DNA of 64,000 bases from NCBI RefSeq assembly GCF_006345805.1, contig NC_043017.1, forward strand, positions 21,824,001-21,888,000, in the 5' to 3' direction. This stretch comes from Octopus sinensis (Eukaryota). A program made the translations under genes and the position numbers. Shown in pieces: positions 36,091 through 50,385 of the stretch; position 1 is the first letter of the stretch, and each line of letters begins with the position of its first letter. The notes beneath the pieces are model-generated. The model saw only the letters and a program-made list of their open reading frames with translations, ran no database searches and was not told where the DNA came from.

Positions 36091-37031
36091 AGTAATCCTG
36101 CGACAGATGGGCATTCTTTGAGTGAGGAATGTTGGAGAAAATTTAATTTAGCACAGTATTCGTAAACTAGTATATATATTTTCATGAAAAGGTGTAAGAT
36201 AAAGTTTGACAGGATAGGATCTGAACTCAAAACCTAACAGAGGAAATGAATACAAAAATTCCCAAGCCATCTTCTCTTACACTAGCTATTCAGCCAATAT
36301 GTATATATGTATGTTTATATGTATGTGTTGATGAAATCATCATCATCATCATCGTTTAGTGTCCGTTTTCCATACTGGCATGGGTTGGACGGTTCGACTG
36401 GGGTCTGGGAAGTCAAGAGGCTGCACCAGAAATATATATATATATATATACACACAAACATATATGCACATTTATAAAGGCATATAACACGTTTCTAGAT
36501 ATATATACACACGCACACACACACACACACACATACACATATACACCATCAACTCACAATACAAGATTAGATTTATAAACACACACACATACACACTCAC
36601 ATCTATATATATATTTATATATATATACACATATACATATACACACACACACAAATATATATATATATATACAAACACACATTTCTATATATCACTACTT
36701 CTGTTTAATTCCAACCAGATTCTAGCCAACTCAAACACCATTTCTAACTAACTTACCAATTCCATAGACTATCTTATCTTTATCCTCATGATATATCACC
36801 TGCCTTCACCTTGTCACACCTATTGCTAATAATTTTTGACGCTTCAAATACCACGTGCTCAGGTGAAGAACTCAACAGAACTACAAGACTGCAAACTTGG
36901 ACAACAGGCTGTGAAGTTTCTTGCACAGTCGAACAATATTATTACATGCCAACAAATATAATATCTGGCTGTTGTGGCTGACTTATTGACATTTAAATTA
37001 TTTATGCACGTATGTATATGTGTATACACTT

Positions 37032-37440
37032 TACTCTCCTTTACTCTTTTACTTGTTTCAGTCATTTGACTGCGGCCATGCTGGAGCACCACCTTTAGTC
37101 GAGAGAATCGACCCCAGGACTTATTCTTTGTAAGCCTAGTACTTATTCTATTGGTCTCTTTTGCAGAACTGGTAAATTACTGTGACGTTAACACACCAGT
37201 ATCGGTTGTGAAGCAATGTTGTGGAGACAAACACAGACACACAAACATATACACACACATACACATATATATACACATATATACGACAGGCTTCTTTCAG
37301 TTTCTGTCTACCAAATCCACTCACAACGCTTTGGTCAGCTGGAGGCTATAGTAGAAGACACCTGCCCAAGGTGCCATGCAGTGGGACTGAACCCGGAAAC
37401 ATGTGGTTGGTAAGCAAGCTACTTACCACACAATCACTCC
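37032..37440 (-). mobile_element. Full-length SINE family A
   Basis: Head ggagtg..tgtgtggtaag..gggttcagtcccactgc, central (TG/TA)n, tail (agagtaaa)n. Confidence 0.92.
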
Positions 37441-37619
37441 TGTGTATATGAATTTACAGCTGCAGGCACTGGCTACATTGCAGAGGTTTTGTGTTTCATG
37501 TAAATCTTGCTGTTACGTAGAATTCTGTGACATAGACTGTTTGCCCGTGTGATATTATGAGAGTTGATGTAAGATAGTTTTTAAGTTAAGAAAAAACTAC
37601 ACAGTCTCATAATGTTTGC

Positions 37620-37800
37620 ATTAGGCAAGAGTGCCACTCTTCCCCACTCTTCCTCTGCAAATGTTTCAGAAACTGGACAAGTATAAGGAGTTAGAGATTG
37701 ACACTGTAAGTATATGGCATCTGAAAGTAGCAACACTCCCTGCTTATATTTTGGGACATTTGGAATGATAGCAAGAGAAGTAGCTAAATCTCCGACAGCC
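37620..37800 (+). mobile_element. Relic of an RLE-type (R2/R4-like) LINE endonuclease region
   Basis: KLDKYKELEIDTVSIWHLKVATLP resembles EK..KY.DL..E....W.LK...VP after the PD-(D/E)xK motif. Confidence 0.5.
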
Positions 37801-37834
37801 CCCACCCCCAACATTGCACTTATGGCTCTCTCTT

Positions 37835-38180
37835 TACTCTTTACTCTTTTACTTGTTTCAGTCATTTGACTGTGGCCATGCTGGAGCACCGCCTTTAATC
37901 GAGCAACTCGACCCCGGGACTTATTCTTTCATAAACCCAGTACTTATTCTATCGGTCTCTTTTGTTGAACCACTAAGTAACGGGGACATAAACACACCAC
38001 CATCGGTTGTCAAGCAATGCTAGGGGGACAAATACAGACACACAAACATACACATGCATATATATATATATATACATATATACGACGGGCTTCTTTCAGT
38101 TTCTGTCTACCAAATCCACTCACAAGGCTTTGGTTGGCCCGAGGCTATATTAGAAGACACTTGCCCAAGGTGCCACTCCT
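37835..38180 (-). mobile_element. SINE family A with an internally deleted head
   Basis: ggtgccactcct junction removes the head between two GCCAC microhomologies. Confidence 0.88.
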
Positions 38181-38384
38181 GTGCCTATATTCATGTATTC
38201 TAAAGAAATTCAGATAAATCGAAACAAGACCAAAATATAACATAATAATTCTTTCATTCTTTTACTTGTTTCAGTCATTTGACTGTGGCCATGCTGGAAC
38301 ACTGCCTTAAGGAGGTTTTAGATGAACAAATTGACCCCAAAACTTATTCTTCGTCAGCCTAGTAACTTATTATAATCCTTTTTA

Positions 38385-38509
38385 CTATAGGCACAAGGCC
38401 TGAAATTTGGAGGAGGGAGATAGACGAGTACATCGATCCCAATACTCAACTGGTACTTCATTTATTGACTCTGGAAAGATGAAAGGTAAAGTCGACCCCA
38501 GCGGTGTAA

Positions 38510-38546
<37 letters not shown>

Positions 38547-38760
38547 GTAATAATTCTTTCTGCCACATGTACAATGATGGAAATTTTAGGGGAGTGAGAG
38601 ACAGTCAATTATATCAAGCCAAGGACTCAGCTACAAACCCCGAAAGGATTAAAGGTAAAGCTGACCTCAGCAGAAATTGAACTCAGAATGTAAAGACAGC
38701 TGAAATTTCCCCAAGCATTTTGCCTGGCATGTTAACAATTTAGCCAGCTCACTGCCCTTT
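38385..38760 (-). mobile_element. Two tandem SINE family B copies separated by (AAT)n
   Basis: ggcacaaggcctgaaattt..; ggatgaaaggtaaagtcgacc.. Confidence 0.8.
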
Positions 38761-39039
38761 TGTACACATTTTAATGTCATTAGTAGTTGACTCTTAGTGG
38801 TATTTCATTGCTACGTTCTGAGTTCAAATTTTGCCGAGGTTGATTTTGCCTTTCGTCCTTTTGGGCGTTATGCCTATTATAGAAAGCATTAGTAGATAGT
38901 GATGATAGGGCTGTTGAGAAAGGACTGTGATCAAATTATTCCAACCATGACCACCCCACCTCTTTTCCTACATCTGTAGACAACCCATGACCATCTGATG
39001 CAAAATGTTGTTAACTTGATAGAATAACGAAACAGGCCA

Positions 39040-39920
39040 TGATGGTGGTTGGGCTGGTGGTGACGGCAATGCTGGTTGTTGTGTTGTTTTTGTGGTGGTG
39101 TTGTTGTGGTGGTGGTGATGCTTTATAGTAGTGGTGGTCATGTTGTTAGTGGTGATTTTGGCGGTGGTGGTGGTGGTAATGCCTTATAGCATCATGTTGT
39201 TGGTTGTGATTGTGGTGGTGATATCAGGGTGGTGTCATTGATGGTTATAATGGTAGTGGTTCTGTATTGGTCACAGTGGTAATGGTATTTCTTGCTGTAG
39301 GTGGTGGTGATGACAGTGAAGTTATTGGAGGGGGTGGCATCTTCTGTAGAATATAAAATAAGGAACATGGTGGTGGTGGTGGTGATGGTGGGTGCGGTGG
39401 TGGTAAAGGTGGTGATGGTGGTAAAGGTGGTGCTGGTAGTGGTGGTAGTGATGGTGGTGATGGTGGTGGCGGTGGTGGTGGCGGTGGTGGTGGTGGTGGT
39501 GATGGTGGTTGTGATGGTAGTGGCAGCGGCAGTGGTGTTTGTGTTGGTAGTGGTGGTGGTAAAGGTGGTGCTGGTAGTGGTGGTAGTGATGGTGGTGATG
39601 GTGGCGGTGGTGGTGATGGAGGTGGTGGTGGTGGTGGTGATGGTGGTGGTGGTGGTTGTGATTGTAGTGATGTGGTTGTAGTGTTTGTGGTGGTCATGGT
39701 GGTGGAGATGCTGGTGGTGATAGTTGTGGTGGTAAATCTAGTAGAAGGAGTGATGCTGGTGGTGTTTGTGATGATGGTGGTGATGATGATGATGATGCCA
39801 GAAGTTGTGGTGGTGGTGGTGGTAGTGGTCAGAGTGATGATGGTGGTAGTGATAGTAGTTTTGGTTATAGTATAGCTTACAGTGCTACTGTTGTTGTTGG
39901 CATTTTTGCCATTGATATTT

Positions 39921-39953
<33 letters not shown>

Positions 39954-39960
39954 ACGATGG
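39040..39960. repeat. Degenerate (GGT)n tract with an internal duplication of about 50 bp
   Basis: Direct reading; source of the poly-P and poly-V ORFs. Confidence 0.92.
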
Positions 39961-40093
39961 TTGCAATCTGTGTAAAAATTAATGAAAAAGATTTATTGAA
40001 ACGCTGTAAGGTGTATTGTGCAGTGATAAAAGATCAATATCTCTTTGTACAGGGTTAAATATTTATGTCTGACCTTTGACCAAAACAGAACCG

Positions 40094-40129
<36 letters not shown>

Positions 40130-40143
40130 CATTATTATTATTA

Positions 40144-40193
<50 letters not shown>

Positions 40194-40489
40194 TTCACAA
40201 TTTCTTTTTCGTTGTAAGAATTTTTTCACAGCTGTCTTTGAAAATAGGGAATATATAATAACAGACAAAAGAATTTGTCTGATCATTTCTTCATGTGTGT
40301 AAATGTGTGTGTGTGTGTGTGTATTGAATCTCTGGTCTTTAGATGGTGCCAGAGAAAGTGAAAGAGAGTGTTTTGTGTGTTAAGAAAGAGAGAGAAGGAG
40401 AGAGGAAGAGAGAGAAACAACATCTGTGCATGAGTGTGTAAGTTTATTCATGCATATATATATATATGTATGCATATATACATATATAC

Positions 40490-40520
<31 letters not shown>

Positions 40521-40959
40521 CATACATACATGCATGCATACATACATACATATATATGTAAGCATATTCACGCATATATATATATACACACACACATACA
40601 CACACATATATATACAAACATGCAGAGAATGTGGGTGGAGGAGACAGAATGCACATATGTACGTTTGCACCTAATAACATATCATGGTGTGTGTGTGTGT
40701 CTGTGTGTGTGTTTGTAGTATCCTTTTATAATATCAATGTGCATGAATGGCATCTTTTTAATTGATGTTGTTTAGCCCCGGGCCAGCCATAGGCAGGCAG
40801 ACCTAAAAACAATGGTATTTCTGCCCTACCCGTACCATTGTTTCCTTGTGTAGGGAAGCTTGAACCACAATGTCCAGCATTTCGTTTTTTAAGTATAATG
40901 TGGTTTGAAGGAGATTTGGTTGCTATTTCTAGCACTTCAAACAACTACTCTGGCCTATG

Positions 40960-42095
40960 TCTATGTATATGCATGTGTGTGTACATGTGTATTTTTCTGT
41001 GAGTGCTGCAAATAGTCATTGGATGTGTGTATAAGTATATATATGGGTGAATCCGTGTGCATGTAATTTACTATGAATATTGTAAATAGTATGTGTATGT
41101 GTATATATATGTGTGTGTATGTTTTGTTATGAGTCCTGCAAATACTATGTATGGTGTGTGTGTATGTGTGTGCGTGTGTGCATGTACATGTGTATTTTAC
41201 TTCAGGTGTGCCAGTAATATGTGTGTGTGTGTATATATGTGTGTATGCATTTTACTAAGTGTCAAATGGAATGTGCATGTGTGTGTATACCTGCAAATGT
41301 GTGTGTGTGTATGTATGCAATTTACTATGAAAGTTACAAATAGTGTGTGTGTGTGTGTGAGTGCATTTGTATGTGTTTTGATACAGGTCTTACAAATACT
41401 ATGTGAATGTGTGTGTGTATATATGTGTATATATGTCTGTGTGCATGTGTATTTTACTTCAGGAGTTGCTAGAAATGTGTGTGTGTGTGCATGTATATAT
41501 GTTTTACTATGAGTTCTACAAATACTACGTGCATGTGTGTATGTATATCTGTGTATATGTGTGTATATCTATGTGTATGTGTGTGTGTGCTTGTGTATAT
41601 GTTTTACTATGCTCATACAAATACTATGTGCATGTGTGTGTGTATCTATGTGTATATGTGTGTGTATATATGTATGTATATGCGTGTGTGTGTGAGTGCG
41701 TGTTTATGTGTGTAGAGGATAATTTATATGGGATGTCAGTCATGCATGATTTAGATATGATCTTGTAGGTGTGTGTGTGTGTTTATGTGTGTGTGTGTGT
41801 GTGTTTGCACAATGAGTGGTGTACAGTGTGTGATGTGTGTATATGAAGTTTGTGCTCAGCTGTGTAGAGTGTAGATATGTGTTAATGTTATTATCATGAT
41901 GTGAGGACCATGTGATGCATATACGCGTGTGTATGTGTGTGTGTTGTGAATGTTATTCACAAAACTGTGTGCATGTGTGTTGCAGAGATGATATCTATAA
42001 CATGAGTGTGTCAGCACGCTAATGTGTGTGTGTGTGTGTGCGCGTGTATATGTATATATTTTGATACAGGTCTTACGAATACTATGTGCATGTGT
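40960..42095. repeat. TG-rich degenerate minisatellite with recurring ttttactatg..caaatactatg unit
   Basis: At least six diverged copies of the unit. Confidence 0.75.
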
Positions 42096-42133
42096 ATATG
42101 TTTGTTAAACATTCTCGCAAGCAAATCCCAAAT

Positions 42134-42168
<35 letters not shown>

Positions 42169-42374
42169 CATACATACATATATATATATGTATGTATCTA
42201 TATGTATTTATGTATGTATATGTGTATATATATATACGCATGCATACATGTATGTATATATCAAAATATACATAGATATACAGACACACACACATATATA
42301 CTTACATATATAGATGTATACATATATAGATGTATATATATATATATGTGCATATGTGTATATATATATATATG

Positions 42375-42561
42375 TGGCACGTAAAAAGCACCCACTACAC
42401 TCACGGAGTGGTTGGAGTTAGGAAGGGCATCCAGCTGTAGAAACATTGCCAAATTAGACTGGAGCCTGGTGCAGCCTTCTGGCTTCCCAGAACCCCGGTC
42501 GAACCGTCCAACCCATGCTAGCATGGAGAACGGACGTTAAACGACGATGATGATGATGATG

Positions 42562-42562
<1 letters not shown>
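42375..42562 (+). mobile_element. RTE 3' UTR fragment with (GAT)n tail inserted in (TA)n
   Basis: ggcacgtaaaaagcacccactacactcacggagtgg...ggacgttaaacgacgatgat. Confidence 0.88.
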
Positions 42563-42594
<32 letters not shown>

Positions 42595-43029
42595 TGTATC
42601 TATTAATCTATGTATGTGTATATCTATATACACACATATGCACATGTATATATTTATATATATGCAAATATGCATTCATACACAAACACACATGCACACA
42701 CACACACACATAATTTGTGCTCTGTATCTTTTTGGGCCATTTCTATATTTTTTCATGCATTAATTTTTAATTACATGGTTGTGTTTAAGAACAGACAAGT
42801 TCAAGTGCATACGCCACCGCGAGTGTAAATGTGTGGCATTCATATATGACTGTCCCTGTCCACATCAGTGTGTATACATCGCATTCACATGGCACATATG
42901 TATGCTTAAATTTCAGTTCTTACACAGAACCACACTAAGATATAATAATCAGATACTGCCGTCAGTTTTTTTTTTTCTTCCTTTCTTACCTTCCATTTTC
43001 CACTGAACTTTCCATCTAATTTTTCAATT

Positions 43030-43630
43030 ATTAATAACACCAGTAAAACTTATTTGATGTGCTAATATTTCGCTGTTTTATTATTAACATCAATGAGACA
43101 GTCATACAAAGTCAGTCAAAAGCCAGACCAGTTCTGCTTTGTATTGCCATTACTCTGCTACATTATATTGCGTTTGTTGTCCTTTATTTTTTTTTGCGCC
43201 AATTTAGGATTGACAATATCATATACCAGTAATATACTGGTTGCTGAAGTCATCCAATATTGTCATATTTTGATGTTTTATTATAAAGATCATTGAGGCA
43301 GTTACAAAAAGTCAGTCCAAAGTCAAAATGGTTGCGCTTCATTTTGCCATCCCACTGCTTCCTTTTATTTGTATTTGTTGTCTCCCCACCCCACCAATTT
43401 GGGATTGAGGAAATAATATACCAGTAATATACTGAGGCTGCTAAATTTATTTCATGCTCTCATATCTTGCTGTTCTATTATTAGCATCAATGAGGTAGTT
43501 ATACAAAATGAGTCAAAAGCCAAATTGGTTGTGCTACATATCACCATCGTTCCAATATCCCTATCATGTTTGTTGCATTTTTTTTGTTAATTTGGGGTTG
43601 ATGAAGGAATATACCAGTAATATACAGAGG
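43030..43630. repeat. Old tandem repeat of about 195 bp, about 3 units
   Basis: Core atataccagtaatatac at about 43221, 43417 and 43610 (partial at 43037); tcaatgag.cag..atacaaa..gagtcaaaagcc recurs in phase. Confidence 0.75.
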
Positions 43631-44039
43631 TTGCTGTTGGGTAGATCTGTTCTCATATTCTCCCTCTCAGTCATAGGATAACTTTTAGTTTTGCCCATTA
43701 CAAGGTAACAGCACAAATGCTGGTGCCATGGAAAAAAACCACTTCCAACGGTTGACAAACTGAAGTGAGGACACACAGTGCTGAGAGGGCTCTTTGGTCT
43801 TACTGAAAGGAAAGACAATTTAACATAACCTCTGTTGAGCTGATGTCATGAAAATGTCCGTCCGTTTTACTTTGTAATGAGATGGCTGTTTGGAAGGATA
43901 TCCAGGAAAACAAGCCAGAGCTGAAACATTGGAGGAAGATAAGGTTTTCTGGCTTATTGGATCCTGTCAAACTGTCTGAGCAATTCCAGCAAAGAAAGTG
44001 GATGTAAAATGATAATGACCATGATGATGAGGATAATAG

Positions 44040-44855
44040 AATCTACGAAATACCACAAAGCATTTTTCCTGATGCTCTAAGGATTCTGCCGATAGACTAC
44101 CCTTATCATAATTATAATAATAATCCTTTCTACTAAAGGCACACGGCCTGAAATTTTGGGAGAGGGGACTAGTTGATTACATCTACTCCAGTGTTTCACT
44201 GGTACATAATTTATTGACCCCAAAAGGATGAAAGGAAAAGTCAACCTCAGCAGTATTTGAACTCAGAACTTAAAGATGGACAAAATGCTGTTGAGCATTT
44301 TGCTTGGCATGCTAACAATTCTGCCAGCTTGACGCCTTAAATACTAATACTACTACTAATGATAATAATGATAATCCTATCTACTATAGGCACAAGGTCT
44401 GAGTTTTGGGGATGGGGGCTAGTCAATTACATCAACCCCAGTGCGCAATTGGTTCATGTATTATCGACCCCCAAAACGATGATAGGCAAAGTTGACTTCA
44501 GCAGAATTTGAACTCAGAACATAGAGATGTATAAAATACCACAAAGCATTTCCCTGTTGCTCCAATAAATCTGACAATCTGCTACCCTTATAATAATAAT
44601 AATAATAATTATTATTATTATTATTATAATCCTTTCTACTGGAGCCACCAATGCCTCAGATTTGTGGGGAGAGGACTCTGATTACATGGTCCCGCCTCCA
44701 CCCATGTCCAACTGGTAATTAATTTAGCAACCCCAAGAGGATGAAAGGTAATTTTGACCATGGCAGAATTTGAACTCCAAATGTAGCGGCTGACGAAATA
44801 GCGTTAAGCATTTTGCCTGGCATGATAGCGATTCTGCCAGCTTGCCACCATACTA
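44040..44855 (-). mobile_element. Head-to-tail cluster of SINE family B (three near-complete, one partial) joined by (TAA)n
   Basis: Repeated units at about 44125, 44375 and 44630. Confidence 0.88.
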
Positions 44856-45600
44856 CTACTACTACTACTAATAATAATAATAATTATAACAACAATAATA
44901 ATAATAATGATGATGATAATAATAATAATTATCATCATATAACATCAACTTAATTATTTTTTCCATGGAGATGATGGTGGTAGAGAGGTGTTGTTTAGTT
45001 TAAAAATTGAGAAATACGGTCTATAGATTTTCATAATTAAAATGGATGGAATCCAATTGCTAGAATGATCTAATTAGATCTCTAAAGAAAACATACGCAA
45101 GAGAAAAAATGGAGGAAACAAAAGTTGTTGTTTTTTTTGCTGGGTGGATGTTGAGGGTGGCGAGGAGTAAAACATTCTTGTCTTTCAGTGTAGGGGTGGG
45201 ATAAGGGTAAGGAAAAAAAAAAGTAACAAAAGCAAAATTTTAAGCTAAGAAAAATACAAAAAAAAAACAATAAATGAAGAAGAAATTAAAATGATAAAAT
45301 ATGTTGAGAGGAAAATGAATGAAGAAATTAATAAAAATAAGTCAATTAAGGAAAAATAGTTTTCAAAATAAAACTGCTTGTCTTCTTTTTTTTCCGAAAA
45401 CGTGTGTTGCGCAATATATACATACATACATATATATATATTTTACATATATAAATCTTATATATATATACATCTTATATACACACACATACATAGGTAA
45501 TATGTGTATATCCGCATATGTGTGTGTTTGTATCTACACACGTGTGAATGCGTCAGTATGTTTATCTGTGATTTCTATTGGAGGGAAGATATATATGTAC

Positions 45601-45634
<34 letters not shown>

Positions 45635-45646
45635 ATACATACATAT

Positions 45647-45699
<53 letters not shown>

Positions 45700-45742
45700 C
45701 ATAATATATATATATATTATATATATATATATAATATATACA

Positions 45743-45783
<41 letters not shown>

Positions 45784-46554
45784 ATATACATATATATATT
45801 ATGTATGTATATGTATGTTTAAGATATACATTTATGTATATATATATATATATATATGATACATATATATATATATATGTATACATAATACTCACACATA
45901 CACACATATACATTCATACAGAAAGACACATCCATATGATATATAGATATATATCTGCATGTATGTGTGCACGTGTGTTTGTGTATGTGTGTGTGCATGC
46001 TTGTGTTGGTGTACATGTGTTTGTATGTTTGTATGTGTTTGTGGTGTGCACGTGTGCATGCTTGTATGTGTGTGTATGTCCATACATGTATGCGACTGTA
46101 TCTGTGTGTTTTATCTATGATTTCTGCTAAAGGGGAATGCTTCAAAAATGAAACTGCTACACAAACACATTATGTCATTATGCTGCACTGAATAAAATGA
46201 GATTATCAATGAAGCAGAGGATTCTGCCCACACGTTTTACTATGAAAAGAAGTTCCATCCAATGCGAGTGATTTATTGAACTGGGATTTCACTGAAGGGA
46301 ACAGAGGGAAACATCAGATATTTTAAAACTTTCAATAAATATTTGATTATTCATTTTAATAAAAGAATCTAAATTGGATCTTGCTGCACATCCATATTTC
46401 ATAGATACATATGTACGTATATGTAAATCTCTGTTGAAGCAACAGAAGTGATAAATTACAGGACTCAGTATAAATGTAGAGTATACTTTAATACATTAGA
46501 ACTGAAAGGCTCTGGGAATCAAACCCTTTCAATTACAATATATATTTATATATA

Positions 46555-46870
46555 TCATCATCATCATTATCATCACCATCATCGTTTAATGTCCATTTTC
46601 CGCGCTAGCACGGGTTGGACGGTTCGACCGGGATCTGGGAAGCCAGGAGGCTGCACCAGGCTCCAGTCTGATCTGGAAGTGTTTCTACAGCTGGATGCTC
46701 TTCCTAACGCCAACCACTCTGTGAGTGTAGTGGGTGCTTTTTATGTGCCAGGGAAGTCTGGCAGTGTCCACAATTGGTTGGTGCTTTTAACGTGCCACCG
46801 GCGTGGAAGCCAGTCAAGGCGTCACTGGCATCAGCCATGTTCGGATGGTGCTTTTTATGTGCTACCGGCA
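46555..46870 (-). mobile_element. RTE 3' UTR fragment with hairpin repeats
   Basis: Homologous to 20845-21200. Confidence 0.85.
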
Positions 46871-46871
46871 C

Positions 46872-46915
<44 letters not shown>

Positions 46916-48579
46916 TAATCATCATTTAACGTCCATTATCCATGCTGGTATGGGTTGGATGGTGTGTCCAGAACCTGGCAAGCTGAGAAGCTGCACCAGG
47001 TTCCAGTCTGATTTGGGTTGGTTTCTGCAACTGGATGCCATAACACTGATCACTTTACAGATGGTGGCAGGTGCTTTTATGTGGCACTACTTGAATCCCA
47101 CATGGATACTTTTACCTGATGCCACATGGGTGATTTTATGTGACACCACCACGAATGCATTACACTACCAGAATGACCAATCTTAACATGTCTAATGCTG
47201 AGTATGAGTCTTCTTGAATACAACAAGGCACCAGGCATCTTGGTCCTTATGTATGTAAGGGTATGAGTAAAGATCCTCTTTGGTCACAAATGACTTTAGA
47301 GATCTGCTAGAGTTATGATGCTCCATGTCAGAGTTAGTTATTTTCCTATTACTCTGTCTATGTTGGGTGTTTAAACCTTTGGATACCAACCTGCCTGAGA
47401 CCATTCTTGGTCCAATCATACAAGTTTCCTGCTTTAACTTTTCAGTCTATGCTCTATCTGTTCTATGTTCAAAGTGGCTAGATCCTGCCTCACACACCTA
47501 CCTGATGCTGTCATTCTTAAAATATGCAATAATTGAACTGACTACCTCTTGATTGTGAGCCCAATACTCTAACCACAGAGCCATGAAACAAAAGCAGATT
47601 ATTTCAACACAAATACAGTAATAAAAGGATGAAGGCATTGTCTTCCCTATTCAAATTACAACTTTTAATATCTTCCATCATAGTTTCAAGGCAGAACACT
47701 AGTGATGAGATTTATAACATCTGTAGAGTGTAATAAGTGTGTCATTAGTACTTACTGTAGTTAGTAAAATCAATATATTTCATTAGAAATCAATAATTAA
47801 AAGTGGGGTGTACGTCCCATATTTTGCCAATATTGAATTATGTGGATGCATATGTATATGATTTGCACAGATACATATATGTATATATGCTTGAGTCTGT
47901 ATGTGTAAGAGAGAGAGAGTGTGTGGTGTGTGTGTATATCTATGTAATGTCGGTGTTTAAGAAGATATTTATTATTAATACCCAAAAGTAGTGGGTACTT
48001 GGTTTGTTTAATTGCATTTCACACCACTGTGATAGCATCATCTATTATCTATGTCGTATATCTACGCACATGTATATGTATTTGTATATGTGTACATGTA
48101 CATTTGTATATGTGTACATGTATTTATAGACATACATACACACACATATAATGATATATAGATAAACTATATATAACGTGTGTGGTTGTGTGTGTATTTA
48201 TGAAGGTATGTATATGCCGGTAATGCATTTAAATATTTCTATTGTGAATTTCCCATCTGCAAATATATATTATTCATATAAGCATTTTAAATTTGTGTGT
48301 GTGCATGTGAGAGTGTGTGTGTACACATATATACATACATAAATATATACATACATAAATATATATACATACATAAATATATATACATACATAGATATAT
48401 ATACATAAATATATACATACATAAATATATGTACATATGTTTAGATACATGTATGTGTATATATCTATATATACATCTCTCCCCCCCTCTCTCTCTATAT
48501 ATATATATAGACACACATACACATACACATACAGATAAGACAGATAGAATGGAGATAGATAGATAGACAGATATATATA

Positions 48580-48622
<43 letters not shown>

Positions 48623-49999
48623 ATATAGATAGATAGATAGATAGAGGTATGAGTGTATGCCTGTTTGTGAGTATACGAGAGCATATGGCAAGTATGTATG
48701 CACACACAGTTGTACATATTTCATCACTATCACCAGGAATTTTATCATCTGATCTCTGGCTCCAATAAATAAACCTTGACATCTTACTACTAACTAGTGT
48801 TCCTTCCACAAATTTCTCCACTCGCTTTTGACTTCCTCTTCTTTCTTTTACACCACCAAATAGATTGCGGCTCAACTAATTAAATTAATCTTATTTGTGA
48901 TACACCTAAATGCTGGACAAGATCAAGATAACTGATGAGATATAAATCATCAAATAGTTTTGAGTTCAAATTATAATGAATTTAGGTAAGGCTGTGTGTA
49001 TGTATGCGTGAAAGTTCATAGTATAGTGGTTAGGGTGGTTTTACTTGCAATTACAAGACTGTGGTTTCAATTCCCAGGCTGGTGATGCACTGTGCTCTTG
49101 AGCAGAACTCTTCATTTAATGTTGCATGTTGCCCTTTTTCACTCAGTCGTAATTTGGTAAACATATGATGGACAGGCTTTCCATTCAGGATGACTGTTGG
49201 TCTGCCTGCCTAACCAGTTGGATGGCATTGGTTGAAGGCTACAACAATGGCCATTTTGCTGTTTCTTGCTTGAACACCTGCGATAATCAAGGCATTACTG
49301 TATAGCTGTTGCTGTTTTTATTATAAACTCCATCATGCTGGTAGTCACAGCTTTAACAATCCATCTAACTTTTGTCCTCCTCCTCCTCCTCCCCTCATCA
49401 TCATCAACATCATCATCATCGTCGTCGTCGTCGTCGTTGTCATGTAACGTCCACTTTCCATGCTGATATGGGTTGGACGGTTTGACTGAGGACTGGCAAG
49501 CCAGTAGGCTGCACCAGACCACAATCTAATCTGGCAATGTTCCTTTAGGTGGATGCCCTTCCTAATGCCAACCACTCCGAGAGTGTAGTGGGTGCTTTTT
49601 ATGTGCCACTGACAGAGGAGCCAGTCAGGCGGCACTAGCATCTGTGTTTCTGTTTTCTTCTCGAGTCATGCCAACCCATAAGGGCCACTTTGCCAGTTTT
49701 ATGGCACATATATTCCCCTCCTGGGATGCCAGTCTGTCACAGAATTACTCAGTTTTACCAGCTGAGTGGACTGAAGAAATGTATATCATCATCACCATCC
49801 TCATCACCATTTAGCGTCAACCTTCCATGCTGGCATGGGTGGAACGGTTTGACAGGAGTCAGCCAGGCAGAAGCCTGAACTAGATTTCTGTAATTGTTTA
49901 GCAGGTTTTTTACAACTGAATGCCCTTCCTAACAGCAACCACTCAGCAATATATATCGAAATCGATCAATGGAAATCGATCAATGGAAATTGCAGATGT

Positions 50000-50351
50000 G
50001 TTACCAGTGCCAGTGGCATGTAAGAGAACTTTCCGTTTCGCGACCGTTGCCAGCACCGCCCCGTTTCGTGTCCGTTGCCAGCCTCGCCTGGCCCTCGTGC
50101 CGGTGGCACATAAAAAGCACCATCCGTTCGTGGCCGTTTGCCAGCTCTGTCTGGCACCAGTGCGGGTGGCACGTAAAAAGCACCCACTACACTCACGGAG
50201 TGGTTGGCGTTAGGAAGGGCATCCAGCCGTAGAAACACTGCCAGATTTGACTGGGCCTGATGAAGCCTTCTGGCTTCACAGACCCCAGTAGAACCGTCCA
50301 ACCCATGCTAGCATGGAAAACGGACGCTAAACGATGATGATGATGATGATG

Positions 50352-50352
<1 letters not shown>
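50000..50352 (+). mobile_element. RTE 3' UTR fragment with hairpin repeats and (GAT)n tail
   Basis: gtgccggtggcacataaaaagcac units, then the shared UTR. Confidence 0.85.

Positions 50353-50385
<33 letters not shown>

Noticed and set aside
37668-37703. Apparent exon KLDKYKELEIDT with tttcag/gtaagt sites
   Set aside because: The reading frame continues past the donor as RLE-type LINE sequence, so it is best explained as a retrotransposon relic (exonisation not excluded)
39245-39697. Proline-rich formin/extensin-like ORF
   Set aside because: Reverse complement of a degenerate (GGT)n microsatellite
48495-48875. 126-aa minus-strand ORF with a natural-looking N-terminal half
   Set aside because: Weak acceptor, runs into microsatellite, no recognisable motif
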